This document shows positions 45,191 through 54,769 of a stretch of DNA of 64,000 nucleotides, piece after piece. Numbering within the stretch: position 1 is the first letter of the stretch; each line of letters opens with the position of its first letter. Origin of the DNA: Candidatus Caldarchaeum sp. (GTDB taxonomy: Archaea > Thermoproteota > Nitrososphaeria_A > Caldarchaeales > Caldarchaeaceae). The notes beneath the pieces are model-generated. The model searched no databases. It was not told where the DNA came from and saw nothing but the letters and a program-made list of their open reading frames with translations. The DNA lies in the NCBI GenBank assembly GCA_038896555.1, contig JAWACZ010000003.1:4249-68248 (forward strand), read 5' to 3'. Made by a program: the position numbers and the translations under genes.

Positions 45191-47147
45191 CGGCCGCCTC
45201 GTCCTCGAGCGTCGTCACATCGCCAAGGCTAGCGCCAGTCGCCGCCGCTTTGATAAGCCTTCTCATTATCTTGCCGCTCCTAGTTTTGGGGAGACGTTCG
45301 ACGAAGATGACGCCTGAGGGGGTGGCTATGGGCCCGTAAACATCCCTCACCCATTTGACAAGCTCTTCAGCCATGTGACTGCTCGGCGTGAACTGTTTTT
45401 TCAGAACGACATAGGCGAGAGGAACCTCGCCTTTCACCGGGTCTGGAATGCCAACTACAGCGGCTTCAGCCACAGCCTTGTGGGAGACAAGAACAGACTC
45501 GAGCTCATATGTTCCTATCCTGTGGCCGGCTACCTTCAAAACCTCGTCGGCCCTCCCAGCCACCCATATGTAGCCGTCAGCGTCCTTGACCGCGTAGTCG
45601 CCCGTGAAAAAGACGTCGCTAATCCTCTGGAAGTATGTCTGGCTGTATCTGTCAGGCTCTTTCCAAATGCCGGTCGGCGGGCCGGGCATTCCAGGCCATG
45701 GATTGCGTATGACGAGGAACCCTCTCTCGCCAGGGCCGATAGGCTTGCCATTCTCGTCGACCACGTCGGCGATTATTCCCGGCAGCGGCGGGCCATTTGT
45801 GCCGGGTTTGAGTGGAGGAAGAAGTAAGCCTGGAGCGTGGCTGACGAGGATTCCACCAGTCTCCGTCATCCACCAAGTTGAACCCACTGGACATCTGCGG
45901 TCGCCCACGACGTCGTAAAGCCACATCCATGCGGAGGGGTTGATAGGCTCGCCCACGCTATGTATGAGCCGAAGCCTCGAAAGGTCGTGTTTCTTAACGT
46001 GCTCACTTCCAAAACGCATCAGCATCCTGATGGCTGTGGGAGTCGTGTACAGAATGGTCACACCGTGCCTCTCAACCATCGCCCACCATCTGTCCGGGCC
46101 AGGATAGTCGAGAGCGCCTTCATACATCAAAATCGTGGCTCCCGAAATCAACGGCCCGAATACGATGTAGCTGTGTCCAGTCACCCATCCGATGTCCGCC
46201 GTGCAGAAGTAAACATCGTCATCCCTTATGTCGAAGACCCATTTCATGGTGGAGTTGAGAAGAACTGCGTAGCCTCCGTTGTCGTGTATTATTCCCTTAG
46301 GCCTGCCAGTCGTCCCAGAGGTGTAGAGGACGTACAACGGCTCTGTGGAATCGATTCTCTCAGGCTCGGCGTAGGCTGTGGGCGGTGTTTCCCTCAGCAT
46401 TTCGTGAAGCCAGTGGTCTCTTCCATCACGCATGGAAACCTCGACGCCAGCTCTTTTGACAACCAGCACAGTGTCGCAACCTGAGCTGTCTTCCACAGCT
46501 TTGTCAGCAATCTCCTTAAGGTTGACCAACCTGCCCCTGCGGTAGAATCCGTCTGCCGTGACAAGAATTTTAGCTCCCAAATCCTCCATACGCAGCCTGA
46601 GGTTTTCCGCAGAGAAGCCGCTGAACACGACGGTGAAAACCACACCTATTCGTGCGAAGGCCAGCATGGTCATCGGAAGCTCGGGTATCATCGGAAGATA
46701 TACAGCGGCCCTGTCGCCTTTTTTAAGCCCGAGCTTTTTGAAAACGTGGGAAATCCTGTTGACCTGCCGCCACAACTCAAAATATGTAAATTTTCTAACT
46801 TCCAGAGGATTTCCGTCTGCGTCTACAGGCTCCCCCTCCCAGACATATGCGAGCTTGTTGCTTCGCCAAGTCCCCACATGCTTGTCGAGGCATAGGTGGG
46901 AGAGGTTGATCTTGCCGCCTACGAACCATCGGTAAACGTTTGGCGTGGATGCTTGCTCCAACGCCTTCTCCCAAGGCGTAAACCATTCCAACTGCCTGGC
47001 CTCATTCTCCCAGAAACCCACGTAGTCCTCGACCGTCTTTCTCCAAAAGCTGTGGTATCCTTCGACGTTTGTATGTCTGTGCCTCCATCCCGGAACCTCT
47101 ATGTATTCGTTAAAAGGCAGCGACTCGGACAAGCTAGTTCGACACAT
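45132..47147 (-). CDS. acs: Acetyl-CoA synthetase (AMP-forming)
   Basis: YTSGTTGRPKG, WWMTETGG, TGDYAVKDADGYIWVAGRADEV, PKTRSGKIMRR. Confidence 0.95.
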   Translation of the reverse strand: MCRTSLSESLPFNEYIEVPGWRHRHTNVEGYHSFWRKTVEDYVGFWENEARQLEWFTPWEKALEQASTPNVYRWFVGGKINLSHLCLDKHVGTWRSNKLAYVWEGEPVDADGNPLEVRKFTYFELWRQVNRISHVFKKLGLKKGDRAAVYLPMIPELPMTMLAFARIGVVFTVVFSGFSAENLRLRMEDLGAKILVTADGFYRRGRLVNLKEIADKAVEDSSGCDTVLVVKRAGVEVSMRDGRDHWLHEMLRETPPTAYAEPERIDSTEPLYVLYTSGTTGRPKGIIHDNGGYAVLLNSTMKWVFDIRDDDVYFCTADIGWVTGHSYIVFGPLISGATILMYEGALDYPGPDRWWAMVERHGVTILYTTPTAIRMLMRFGSEHVKKHDLSRLRLIHSVGEPINPSAWMWLYDVVGDRRCPVGSTWWMTETGGILVSHAPGLLLPPLKPGTNGPPLPGIIADVVDENGKPIGPGERGFLVIRNPWPGMPGPPTGIWKEPDRYSQTYFQRISDVFFTGDYAVKDADGYIWVAGRADEVLKVAGHRIGTYELESVLVSHKAVAEAAVVGIPDPVKGEVPLAYVVLKKQFTPSSHMAEELVKWVRDVYGPIATPSGVIFVERLPKTRSGKIMRRLIKAAATGASLGDVTTLEDEAAVEEVKQSYEELVKAVKKPY

Positions 47148-47178
47148 AAGCTTTTTTGGTGTTTTAAATCTTTCTCGT

Positions 47179-47513
47179 CTAATGGTGTGTTGTATATTCT
47201 CGACCCCTTCCTCCTTTATTGGCTTTCGCAGGTTTAGTGGTGGTCTTTACCATGTTCTCCGTCTTTCTAGACGTCACGTACTCTCCGAACGTCCTCTTCA
47301 TAGGTGAGAAGACTGGCTCAGCCATCCACCTACAGCCGTAACCCTTCTCCCGTTCATCGATTCAAGCTCCTCATCCCATCTATCCAGGACATCGAACGAG
47401 AATAGGATCTCCGCCCTCCTCACCAAAGCTCCGTTGTAGACAGCCCAGCCCCTCCTAGCCTTGGACGGCATGCGATAAGTCAGGCAACAAGAATTATCCA
47501 ACACAGCATTCAT
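47179..47513 (-). pseudogene. IS5-family (IS903-like) transposase remnant: N-terminal and C-terminal pieces only
   Basis: The 71-aa ORF carries RRGWAVYNGALVRRAEILFSFDVLDRWDEEL (the WxxYNxALxxRG...W N-terminal signature). An overlapping (ATGA) 40-aa frame (47179-47301) reads MKRTFGEYVTSRKTENMVK.., like the transposase C-terminal KRxFGExxxSR block. The DDE core is absent. Confidence 0.55.
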
Positions 47514-47856
47514 TTCGGGGAAGCTTTGTTTGGTCTGGGGCTACTAATGTTTGTTTATGTACTTAAGGGTCAGGGCTGTAGTCGTCTATGCAGTTGATGC
47601 TATGTATGGGCTCTGAAGAGGATGAGCATAGGATACTTTCACCATACATTGGCAATCATAGCGGGATGAAGTGATGGTTAAGGAAGCTTAAGGAGAGGAC
47701 AAAGACATCGCGCAACAACGGAAACTCGAGGACGGTCATAAGCATAGATAGGATAGCAGCCTGAATAGGCCTCGTCATTGATTATCTTAAACATATTCTA
47801 CAGCATTATGTAATTTTTCTAAAAACTTAAAATAATGCTATAAAGGTTACTGCCCG

Positions 47857-49125
47857 ATGGTCTCTAGAGGAGTAGTTATCGGCGTTGTGGCAGCCGTTGT
47901 GTTGGTGGCCTTAATAGGAGGCGTAGTGTTTTCGCAGTACCTATTTACCCCACCAGGTCCCCCGGCACCTAGCGAGATAATTATTGGCGTCAACCTCCCC
48001 TTGACAGGAGGCTCTGCTCCCATAGGGTTGACAGGCAAAGAGACACTCGACATATGGGTCGAGGAGGTGAATGCTAAAGGAGGGTTATTCGTCAAGCAGT
48101 TCAACAAGAGGATACCGGTGAAGACAATCGTCCTTGATGACCAGAGCAACCCAACGGTAAGCGCGCAAAACATAGAGAGGCTGGCGAATGAGGGGGCTCT
48201 CGTCGTCTTCGGTCCAGCCGGAACAGTATACGCCCTTAGTGCTGCTCCAGCGGCTGAGAGGTTGAAGATGCCCATAATCACTGTCCAGACCTCGACGGCT
48301 GAGCTCACGAGGAGGGGATTCAGGTATGTCTTCTCGGCCTATAAGCACTTCTACCAAGATTGGCCAGTACTTTTCGATGTTATCGAGAACCTCATCCCTG
48401 CAGACCAACGGCCTAAGACTTTCGCGGTCATCAGCGATAACACGGCGTTCGGGAGGGAGGCTCTGGTCTCGTTGGTCGATGTGGCAAAGGCGAGGGGATA
48501 TGGTGACAGAATCGTCCTGAAGGAGAACGTGACGGCTGGTCAGACGGACTTCACTCCTTCTATACTGAAGCTTAAGAGCCTTAATCCAGACGTCCTCATA
48601 GACATCCTCTTCTTCCACTCGGATGTCTTCAACTTCGATAGGCAGATGAAGGCGAATAACTATTACCCCAAACTCTACGTGGGTTGGACAGCCCACTCAT
48701 TCGTCTCGTATGCCGACACCTTAAAGGGAGATTCTGATTATGCTATCGTGACGGCCGTGACATGGCATCCAGCCCTCCCATATCCAGGTAGCAAGGAATT
48801 CGCAGAGAAGTTTAGGGCTAAGTATAACAAGGAGCCTGGGAAGGAGCACGGTGCCGACTACGCAGCGCTTCAGATCATAGCGAATGCAATCGAGACGGTG
48901 CCGACTTTGACCAGGGAGGCCATAAGGGATGCCATCGCTAACACGAAGATGACTACGATCATCGGGCCGACAGAATTCATGAAGGAGGGGACAAGCGACC
49001 CTGGTAGGATGGTCTCGCCGGGTTACGCGATCCAGTGGAGAGGGATGAAGCAAGTCCTGATATGGCCGAAGGATCTAGCTACAGGTTCCCTGACTTACCC
49101 CGCCCCAGCTTGGGACCGTAGGTAG
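47857..49125 (+). CDS. ABC-transporter solute-binding protein, Leu/Ile/Val-binding (type I PBP) family, membrane-anchored
   Basis: N-terminal TM anchor, then IIIGVNLPLTGGSAPIG...GGLFVKQFNKRIPVKTIVLDDQSNP... typical of LivJ/K-like SBPs. No permease or ATPase genes are adjacent. Confidence 0.85.
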   Translation: MVSRGVVIGVVAAVVLVALIGGVVFSQYLFTPPGPPAPSEIIIGVNLPLTGGSAPIGLTGKETLDIWVEEVNAKGGLFVKQFNKRIPVKTIVLDDQSNPTVSAQNIERLANEGALVVFGPAGTVYALSAAPAAERLKMPIITVQTSTAELTRRGFRYVFSAYKHFYQDWPVLFDVIENLIPADQRPKTFAVISDNTAFGREALVSLVDVAKARGYGDRIVLKENVTAGQTDFTPSILKLKSLNPDVLIDILFFHSDVFNFDRQMKANNYYPKLYVGWTAHSFVSYADTLKGDSDYAIVTAVTWHPALPYPGSKEFAEKFRAKYNKEPGKEHGADYAALQIIANAIETVPTLTREAIRDAIANTKMTTIIGPTEFMKEGTSDPGRMVSPGYAIQWRGMKQVLIWPKDLATGSLTYPAPAWDRR

Positions 49126-49160
49126 GCACGTCTAGAAGTATTCTAGGTTACCCACTTATC

Positions 49161-49784
49161 CTAGGCTTGGCTTAAGGCTTCCATGACCTCCTGCGAGCTA
49201 GCTACATAACCGAAGTACTTAGCTAGGTTCCTAAGGCTGGGTTCGTGGAGCTCCCTATCAGGGGTGGCAACGCAGTCTCGAAGAGTTATCGTCAGGTAGT
49301 CCATCATGTAAGCATGCCTAACGGTCGAGTCGATGCATACGTTGGTCTGAGTCCCAGCGATTACCAAACATCTTATGGACTTGCTCCTTAAGATGAGGGG
49401 AAGGTTGGTGTCGAGAAGAGCGCTGTATCTATGCTTGATGATGACAAGCTCATCCTTCTCTGGTCTGAGCTCCTCTATGATCTCGCTCCCCCATGTATCT
49501 GTGAGGCAGATTGGTGGAGCCTCCGCTCCGCCATACCTAGATGCCCAAACGGGGGAATTGGTGTGGGTTAGATGAACCGTCTTGATGAAAACCCTTGGAA
49601 GGTCATTCTTCCTGAAGAAATCTAGGATGCTTTGTATGTTCGGGATGATCTCTAGTACAGGCTCGATGTCTCTGCCAGACTTGCCCAGGTAGCCCCCAGG
49701 CTTGACGAAGTCGTTCTGCATGTCTATGATGAGTAATGCCGTCTGCTGTCTCACTAAACGGGGTAACGGCGCGCCCTCTGGCAT
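49161..49784 (-). CDS. Isochorismatase-family cysteine hydrolase
   Basis: Catalytic triad contexts LLIIDMQNDF (Asp), IIKHRYSA (Lys) and GTQTNVCIDSTVR (Cys). Confidence 0.88.
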   Translation of the reverse strand: MPEGAPLPRLVRQQTALLIIDMQNDFVKPGGYLGKSGRDIEPVLEIIPNIQSILDFFRKNDLPRVFIKTVHLTHTNSPVWASRYGGAEAPPICLTDTWGSEIIEELRPEKDELVIIKHRYSALLDTNLPLILRSKSIRCLVIAGTQTNVCIDSTVRHAYMMDYLTITLRDCVATPDRELHEPSLRNLAKYFGYVASSQEVMEALSQA

Positions 49785-50041
49785 TCGTCAGCAGTAAGTA
49801 CCATTGGTATTAAATTTTTTCCACATCTCCGCATTAGCCCAGAGAAGGTCCGCCCCCGCCGAATGACTCAACTCTCCTTTTTATATGATGCGGCTTACCC
49901 TACTTTCTGGAAAAGGTTAGTCAAAAGGCTATTAGCCGATAAAGGTTGATGATACATATATCATTCATGCTAGATTTAGTTTATGGAAGGATTTGAGATG
50001 AGTTAAATATCTTTTATAACAATGTACAGCTGACACTGAAA

Positions 50042-50704
50042 TTGTTGAAGGTCTCCGTAATAGGTGGCACGGGTGGCATGGGTTTTGCTCTTGCGCTTAG
50101 GCTTGCTAAGGCGGGCGTGGAGGTTGTAATCGGGTCGAGGCAGGCTGAAAAAGCTGCTAAAGCAGCTCTTGAGATTTTAAACGTTCTCGGAAACGCTAAG
50201 GTCTCTGGCAGAGTAAACCCTGAGGCAGTGAAGGACTGTGAGGTTGTTTTCTTCACAATACCTTACGAGGCGGTCGACGAGATAGCCCGAAGTGTAGCCC
50301 CAGCTCTGAAGGAGGGATGTCTCGCCGTCTCATGCATCGTCTCGATGAACGAGGACGCTATATCGTCAGCTGAGTTTTTGGCAAGCAGGCTGCCGTCCTC
50401 GGCTAAGGTTGCAGCAGCCCTCCACACCGTAAGCGCTTCGGCGATGATGGATGTGGACAAACCGCTTAACATGGATACATTCATCTTCGGAGACGACCTT
50501 GAGGGGAAAAAGACTTTAGCCAAGCTGCTGTCTCTGATCGACGGGCTACGCCCCATAGATGGGGGGCCGTTGAAAACCTCGCTCTACGGCGAGGTTTTCA
50601 CAAGGTTTTTAATCGGCGTCAACAGAAGATACGGCGTTGGAAACACGGGCTTAAGGGTTACCGGGTTAAAGGACGAGGCTGTTTTGAAGAGGTGGGGTAT
50701 GTGA
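50042..50704 (+). CDS. NADPH-dependent F420 reductase (NpdG-like)
   Basis: Rossmann motif VIGGTGGMGFALALRLAKAGVEVVIGSR, about 220 aa. TTG start. Confidence 0.72.
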   Translation: MLKVSVIGGTGGMGFALALRLAKAGVEVVIGSRQAEKAAKAALEILNVLGNAKVSGRVNPEAVKDCEVVFFTIPYEAVDEIARSVAPALKEGCLAVSCIVSMNEDAISSAEFLASRLPSSAKVAAALHTVSASAMMDVDKPLNMDTFIFGDDLEGKKTLAKLLSLIDGLRPIDGGPLKTSLYGEVFTRFLIGVNRRYGVGNTGLRVTGLKDEAVLKRWGM

Positions 50705-52059
50705 AGCCTTCGCCGCATATCTTCAGGGCCTACGACGTGAGAGGTGTTTACGGGGATGACCTTGACGAAGAGGTAGCATACAGGATAGGCAGAGCTTTTG
50801 GAAAAAAAGCTGGTGGAAAAATCTTGGTTGTAAGAGATGTGAGGCTCAGCGGCAAACCGCTTTCAAGAGCGTTGATCAACGGGTTGAATGATTCGGGGGT
50901 CGATGTCCTGGATGCGGGAGTTTGCACCACGCCTGCCAGCTATTTCGGCGTGCGTTACTTCGGTGCATCCGGCGGCGTGATGGTTACCGCAAGCCACAAC
51001 CCAAAGGAATGGAACGGCTTCAAAATGTTCCTTGGAGACGGTGAAACAATCTCGGAAGGCGCCGGCATGGAAGAGATACTGGAGATGGTGCTCCACGAAA
51101 AATACGGCCCAGCGGCTGAAAACAAGGGCAGCGTAACCGAAGTAAACCTGCTGGAAGCCTACCGCAAACATCTTTTATCAAGCTTTACATCCATGCCTGG
51201 TCTCAGAATGGCTGTCGACCTTAGCGACGGCTCGGCATCATTAGTGTTCCCGCAGGTTCTGAGTAGCTTGGAAATAGATTTCAAGGTTTTAAACGACAAC
51301 CCTGACGGATGGTTTCGGGGGCACGACCCAGAGCCAACCGAGAAAAACATCGAGCCTTTGCGGAGACTTGTCGTTGAAGAAGGTTTTGACATGGGGGTAG
51401 CCTTTGACGGGGACGCGGACAGAGCCGTCTTCGTAGACGACAAGGGGAGAATATTGAATGGTGATATAGCGTTGGCTGTTCTGCTCAAGACGTACAAGGT
51501 CAAAGGATTTGTCGTATACGACGTCAACTCTTCAACAGCTTTGAGAGAAGTTGCTGAAAGTCTTGGTTTCACGCCTGTTGAATGGAAGGTTGGAAGAGCT
51601 TTTCTCCACAGGAAGGTGAGGGAGCTTGGAGCTGTCTTAGGGGGTGAGAAAAGCAACCACCTTTACTTCGGCGAGCTGGGTGGAGATGATGACGCATTGT
51701 ACGCCGCCCTCAAGATGGCTGGGCTACTGCACACGAGCCGCCAACCTCTCTCAAAACACGTCGACGAAATACCTTCATACCCGACGACCCCAATACTGGT
51801 CTACGACTGTCCCGACAGCATAAAGTTCAAGGTTGTTGAAAAGATTGGAAAGAGGCTTGAGGGGATGGGGTTCAGGATTAGCGGTTTGGATGGTGTCAAA
51901 GCTTTTGCCGAAGACGGCTGGATACTCATCAGAGCCTCTAACACCATGCCCCAGATAAAGATGTCAGTGGAAGCTAAGACTTTGGATAGGCTTGAAGCTT
52001 TGAAGAGTATGGGTGAACGTTTAATACTCGATGAAACCACGGCAGGGCTGAAAGCTTGA
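50692..52059 (+). CDS. Phosphoglucomutase/phosphomannomutase family protein
   Basis: Active-site loop TASHNPKEWNGFK, metal loop GVAFDGDADR, sugar loop GGEKSNH. Confidence 0.9.
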   Translation: MGYVKPSPHIFRAYDVRGVYGDDLDEEVAYRIGRAFGKKAGGKILVVRDVRLSGKPLSRALINGLNDSGVDVLDAGVCTTPASYFGVRYFGASGGVMVTASHNPKEWNGFKMFLGDGETISEGAGMEEILEMVLHEKYGPAAENKGSVTEVNLLEAYRKHLLSSFTSMPGLRMAVDLSDGSASLVFPQVLSSLEIDFKVLNDNPDGWFRGHDPEPTEKNIEPLRRLVVEEGFDMGVAFDGDADRAVFVDDKGRILNGDIALAVLLKTYKVKGFVVYDVNSSTALREVAESLGFTPVEWKVGRAFLHRKVRELGAVLGGEKSNHLYFGELGGDDDALYAALKMAGLLHTSRQPLSKHVDEIPSYPTTPILVYDCPDSIKFKVVEKIGKRLEGMGFRISGLDGVKAFAEDGWILIRASNTMPQIKMSVEAKTLDRLEALKSMGERLILDETTAGLKA

Positions 52060-52688
52060 ACTGGTTTCAGCAGCTGGCTGTAACATACGGGCCTTTCGGC
52101 GTCTTCATAGTCTCGCTCCTGGGGAGCCTGGTGCCTTTTCTCCCTGTCCCATACCTCTTTGTTGTTGTCTTGCTGAGCGAGAGCGTTGACCCTCTTGTGC
52201 TGGGGTTGACTGCTGGTCTTGGAGGCTCGTTCGGAAAAATAACATCATATCTTCTTGGAAGGCTGGGCTACCGCTTCCTCGGCCGGGAGAGTAAAAACAG
52301 GATGGATGCTTTGAGGGAGCTCATCGGGAGATACGGGGAGATAGGCGTGTTTGTCTTCGCGCTGACCCCACTGCCGGATGATGTCTACCTCATTCCCGCT
52401 GGAATGGTCAAGCTGAGCTTCTGGCGCTTCCTTCTGGCAAACACATTAGGCAAAATCATTCTGTCCACTTCAGTGGCTTACATGGGAAAAACCTACTTCT
52501 ACTACTCAAGCCTGTTCCTCGGCGAGACAACTTTAACATCAACGATCGTGGCCGTCATCGCCATGACCATCATAACAATAGTACTTCTCAGAGTAGACTG
52601 GGAGCTGGCCTTGAAAATCATGAAAGAATCGGGTTGGAAAGGGGTTATGAAGAACCTGACCTCCCTCGTTTTAAGACATCACGGCTAG
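52056..52688 (+). CDS. VTT/DedA-related membrane protein (YqaA-like)
   Basis: 210 aa with 5-6 TM segments, PFLPVPYLFVVVLL and GGSFGKITSYLLGR patterns. TTG start overlaps the PMM stop by 4 nt. Confidence 0.65.
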   Translation: MNWFQQLAVTYGPFGVFIVSLLGSLVPFLPVPYLFVVVLLSESVDPLVLGLTAGLGGSFGKITSYLLGRLGYRFLGRESKNRMDALRELIGRYGEIGVFVFALTPLPDDVYLIPAGMVKLSFWRFLLANTLGKIILSTSVAYMGKTYFYYSSLFLGETTLTSTIVAVIAMTIITIVLLRVDWELALKIMKESGWKGVMKNLTSLVLRHHG

Positions 52689-52797
52689 GATTGGCCGATT
52701 TACATGTTGCAACATGCATAGAAAAGAGTGTTCCTGAACTTTATTTAGCCGAACACGCTATCACGGCATTCCCCAAAGGCGTTAGACTACAAGCGTT

Positions 52798-54210
52798 TTA
52801 TGTACTTGGCCGGAGTGCTCCTAACCTAGCCATTGCGTGATGGGCTATTCTCAGTATTGTTGCCTCGTCGAAAAGTCTTCCAGCGACCTGTACTCCCACT
52901 GGAAGACCTTCTGGTGAAAGGCCTACTGGGATTGAAACGGCAGGCAAGCCTGCTAAGTTGTAGAGTATTGTTTGGCTTGTTAGAGCCGTTTGGATGTCTG
53001 TTTTTTCGCCGTTGATTTCAGCCGCTGTCGCTCCTGTTTTGACGGCCGTTATCGGTGTGGTGGGCGAGATGACCGCATGGTAGTTTTCGAGTATTTTCAG
53101 GAATGCGTTTTTTATTTCTGCATGTTTTTTCAACGCTTTTATGTAGTCGGTGGCTGTGAAGCTTCTGCCTCTTCGCAGCATCTCCAAAACATCAGCACCA
53201 TACTGTTTCTCACGTGTCGTGAACAGGTTGTCGTGGAAGGCCGCCGCCTCGGAAAGCACTATCGTGGTCCAGCAATCCCCAGCCAACGCCTTGTTGAGTT
53301 CAACTTCCTCAACGATGACGCCTAGGCTTTCCAACGTTCCGACGAATCCCCTAAACTTGTTCATGACATCTCGGCTGACTGGCCCCATTTCACTCAACAT
53401 GCAGGCCTTCAGCCCCTCAACATCCCTTTCAAGGGCGGCTGGATAGTCGTGGACCTCAACATATATGCATGACTCGTCTTCAGGGTCAAAGCCAGCCAAC
53501 AGCTTTAATACTATAGCCGCATCTCTAACAGTCCTAGCTAGTATCCCGACATGGTCGAGGCTCCAGCTTAGGGGGATTATCCCATGCTTGCTTACCCGGC
53601 CGTATGTCGGCTTCAAGCCAACCACGCCGCAGACCGAGGCGGGAATCCTTACGGAGCCGCCTGTATCAGTTCCAAGCGAAACAACTGACAGACCTGCCGC
53701 AACGGCGGCTGCAGAGCCTCCGCTCGAGCCTCCAGCCAGGTATTCAGTGTTCCAAGGATTGCGGACGGAACCGTAATGCGTGTTTACGCCGGTGAAACCC
53801 ATCGCGAACTCATCCATGTTGTTTGTTCCAACTATGATGGCTCCAGCCTCCTTGAGTCTTTTCGTCACCGTTGCATCGTATTCTGCAACATTCTCAGCCA
53901 GTATCTTGGAGCCTGCAGTACATCTAACCCCTTGGATGTGTATTGAATCTGTCAGCGAGACAGGGATTCCATGAAGCGGTCCTCTGTATCTGCCTGCTTT
54001 TATCTCCTTCTCAGCTTCAGCCGCCTTCTCAAGAGCCTGTTCTTTCAAAACTGTTATGAAAGAGTTGTAGATTGGGTTTGTTTTTACAATTCTCTCAATC
54101 ATGCTGCTGACAAGCTCTGTCGGCGTCAAAGCGCCTGACTGGATTTCACCAGCCAAACCAGCTAGCGTCATGCTGTCGTGTTTCAAGCATGCTAGAGCAT
54201 TTGAGCTCAT
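52798..54210 (-). CDS. Amidase-signature enzyme (GatA-like)
   Basis: GGSSGGSAAAVAAG, with the Ser-cisSer-Lys context (..TDTGGSVRIPAS..). No gatB or gatC nearby, so subunit identity is not asserted. Confidence 0.88.
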   Translation of the reverse strand: MSSNALACLKHDSMTLAGLAGEIQSGALTPTELVSSMIERIVKTNPIYNSFITVLKEQALEKAAEAEKEIKAGRYRGPLHGIPVSLTDSIHIQGVRCTAGSKILAENVAEYDATVTKRLKEAGAIIVGTNNMDEFAMGFTGVNTHYGSVRNPWNTEYLAGGSSGGSAAAVAAGLSVVSLGTDTGGSVRIPASVCGVVGLKPTYGRVSKHGIIPLSWSLDHVGILARTVRDAAIVLKLLAGFDPEDESCIYVEVHDYPAALERDVEGLKACMLSEMGPVSRDVMNKFRGFVGTLESLGVIVEEVELNKALAGDCWTTIVLSEAAAFHDNLFTTREKQYGADVLEMLRRGRSFTATDYIKALKKHAEIKNAFLKILENYHAVISPTTPITAVKTGATAAEINGEKTDIQTALTSQTILYNLAGLPAVSIPVGLSPEGLPVGVQVAGRLFDEATILRIAHHAMARLGALRPST

Positions 54211-54262
54211 AATTTAGATGTTGCAGTTTCTAGCTTCTCTTTAAATTAAGGCTCAAGCTTCT

Positions 54263-54520
54263 GTGCTTGGTTTGGAAGCCAAGTATTTCGTGGAGGTGAA
54301 GGTTGCTGACAAGGCTTTGAAAGCCGAGCCGGAAGCCCTCGAAGCTGTTAAGGGGATTATCAAAGGTAGGATGCTGGCGAGGATGAAGAAAGAATATGTC
54401 GAATGTCCTTTGGAGGGTTCGAAGGTTGCCTTCCTAAGCTGTTTCGTATGCGTCAGCCATATAAGAAGGGTTAGAGGCGTAGTCCACTGCGCAGGTATCG
54501 AAAGAAAGGTGAGAACGTGA
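54263..54520 (+). CDS. Small hypothetical protein (85 aa) with scattered Cys/His
   Basis: GTG start. Its stop overlaps the next ORF start (GTGA at 54517-54520). No recognisable motif. Confidence 0.4.
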   Translation: MLGLEAKYFVEVKVADKALKAEPEALEAVKGIIKGRMLARMKKEYVECPLEGSKVAFLSCFVCVSHIRRVRGVVHCAGIERKVRT

Positions 54521-54762
54521 GGCGTTCACCGCTTCTCTTCTCAGGAGCCATAGTGTTTTTGTTCGGGGTTTTCATGGTAGCCGCAGGCCTTCCTTTCTCA
54601 TACATTTTTGTCTTCTCTGGCCTGATCATGGTTTTGCTGGGTTTTTTCCTAGCGCCGCCTCCCTCGGTAGAGCCTGAGGCTGGGAAAAAGTTTTGCTGGT
54701 ACTGCTACGAGCAAATACCGGCTGAGGCTGGTATCTGTCCATACTGCAAGCTCAAACAGTAG
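54517..54762 (+). CDS. Small two-TM membrane protein with C-terminal zinc ribbon
   Basis: Two hydrophobic helices, then CWYCx11CPYC. Confidence 0.55.
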   Translation: MRRSPLLFSGAIVFLFGVFMVAAGLPFSYIFVFSGLIMVLLGFFLAPPPSVEPEAGKKFCWYCYEQIPAEAGICPYCKLKQ

Positions 54763-54769
54763 CTGGCCG

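Noticed and set aside
47148-47535. Imperfect 14-15 nt direct repeats (AAGCTTTTTTGGTG / AAGCTTTGTTTGGTC) as target-site duplications of the IS remnant
   Set aside because: They are longer and less exact than typical IS5-family duplications, contain a low-complexity T run, and I could not identify terminal inverted repeats inside them. They are kept only as a note within the IS finding.
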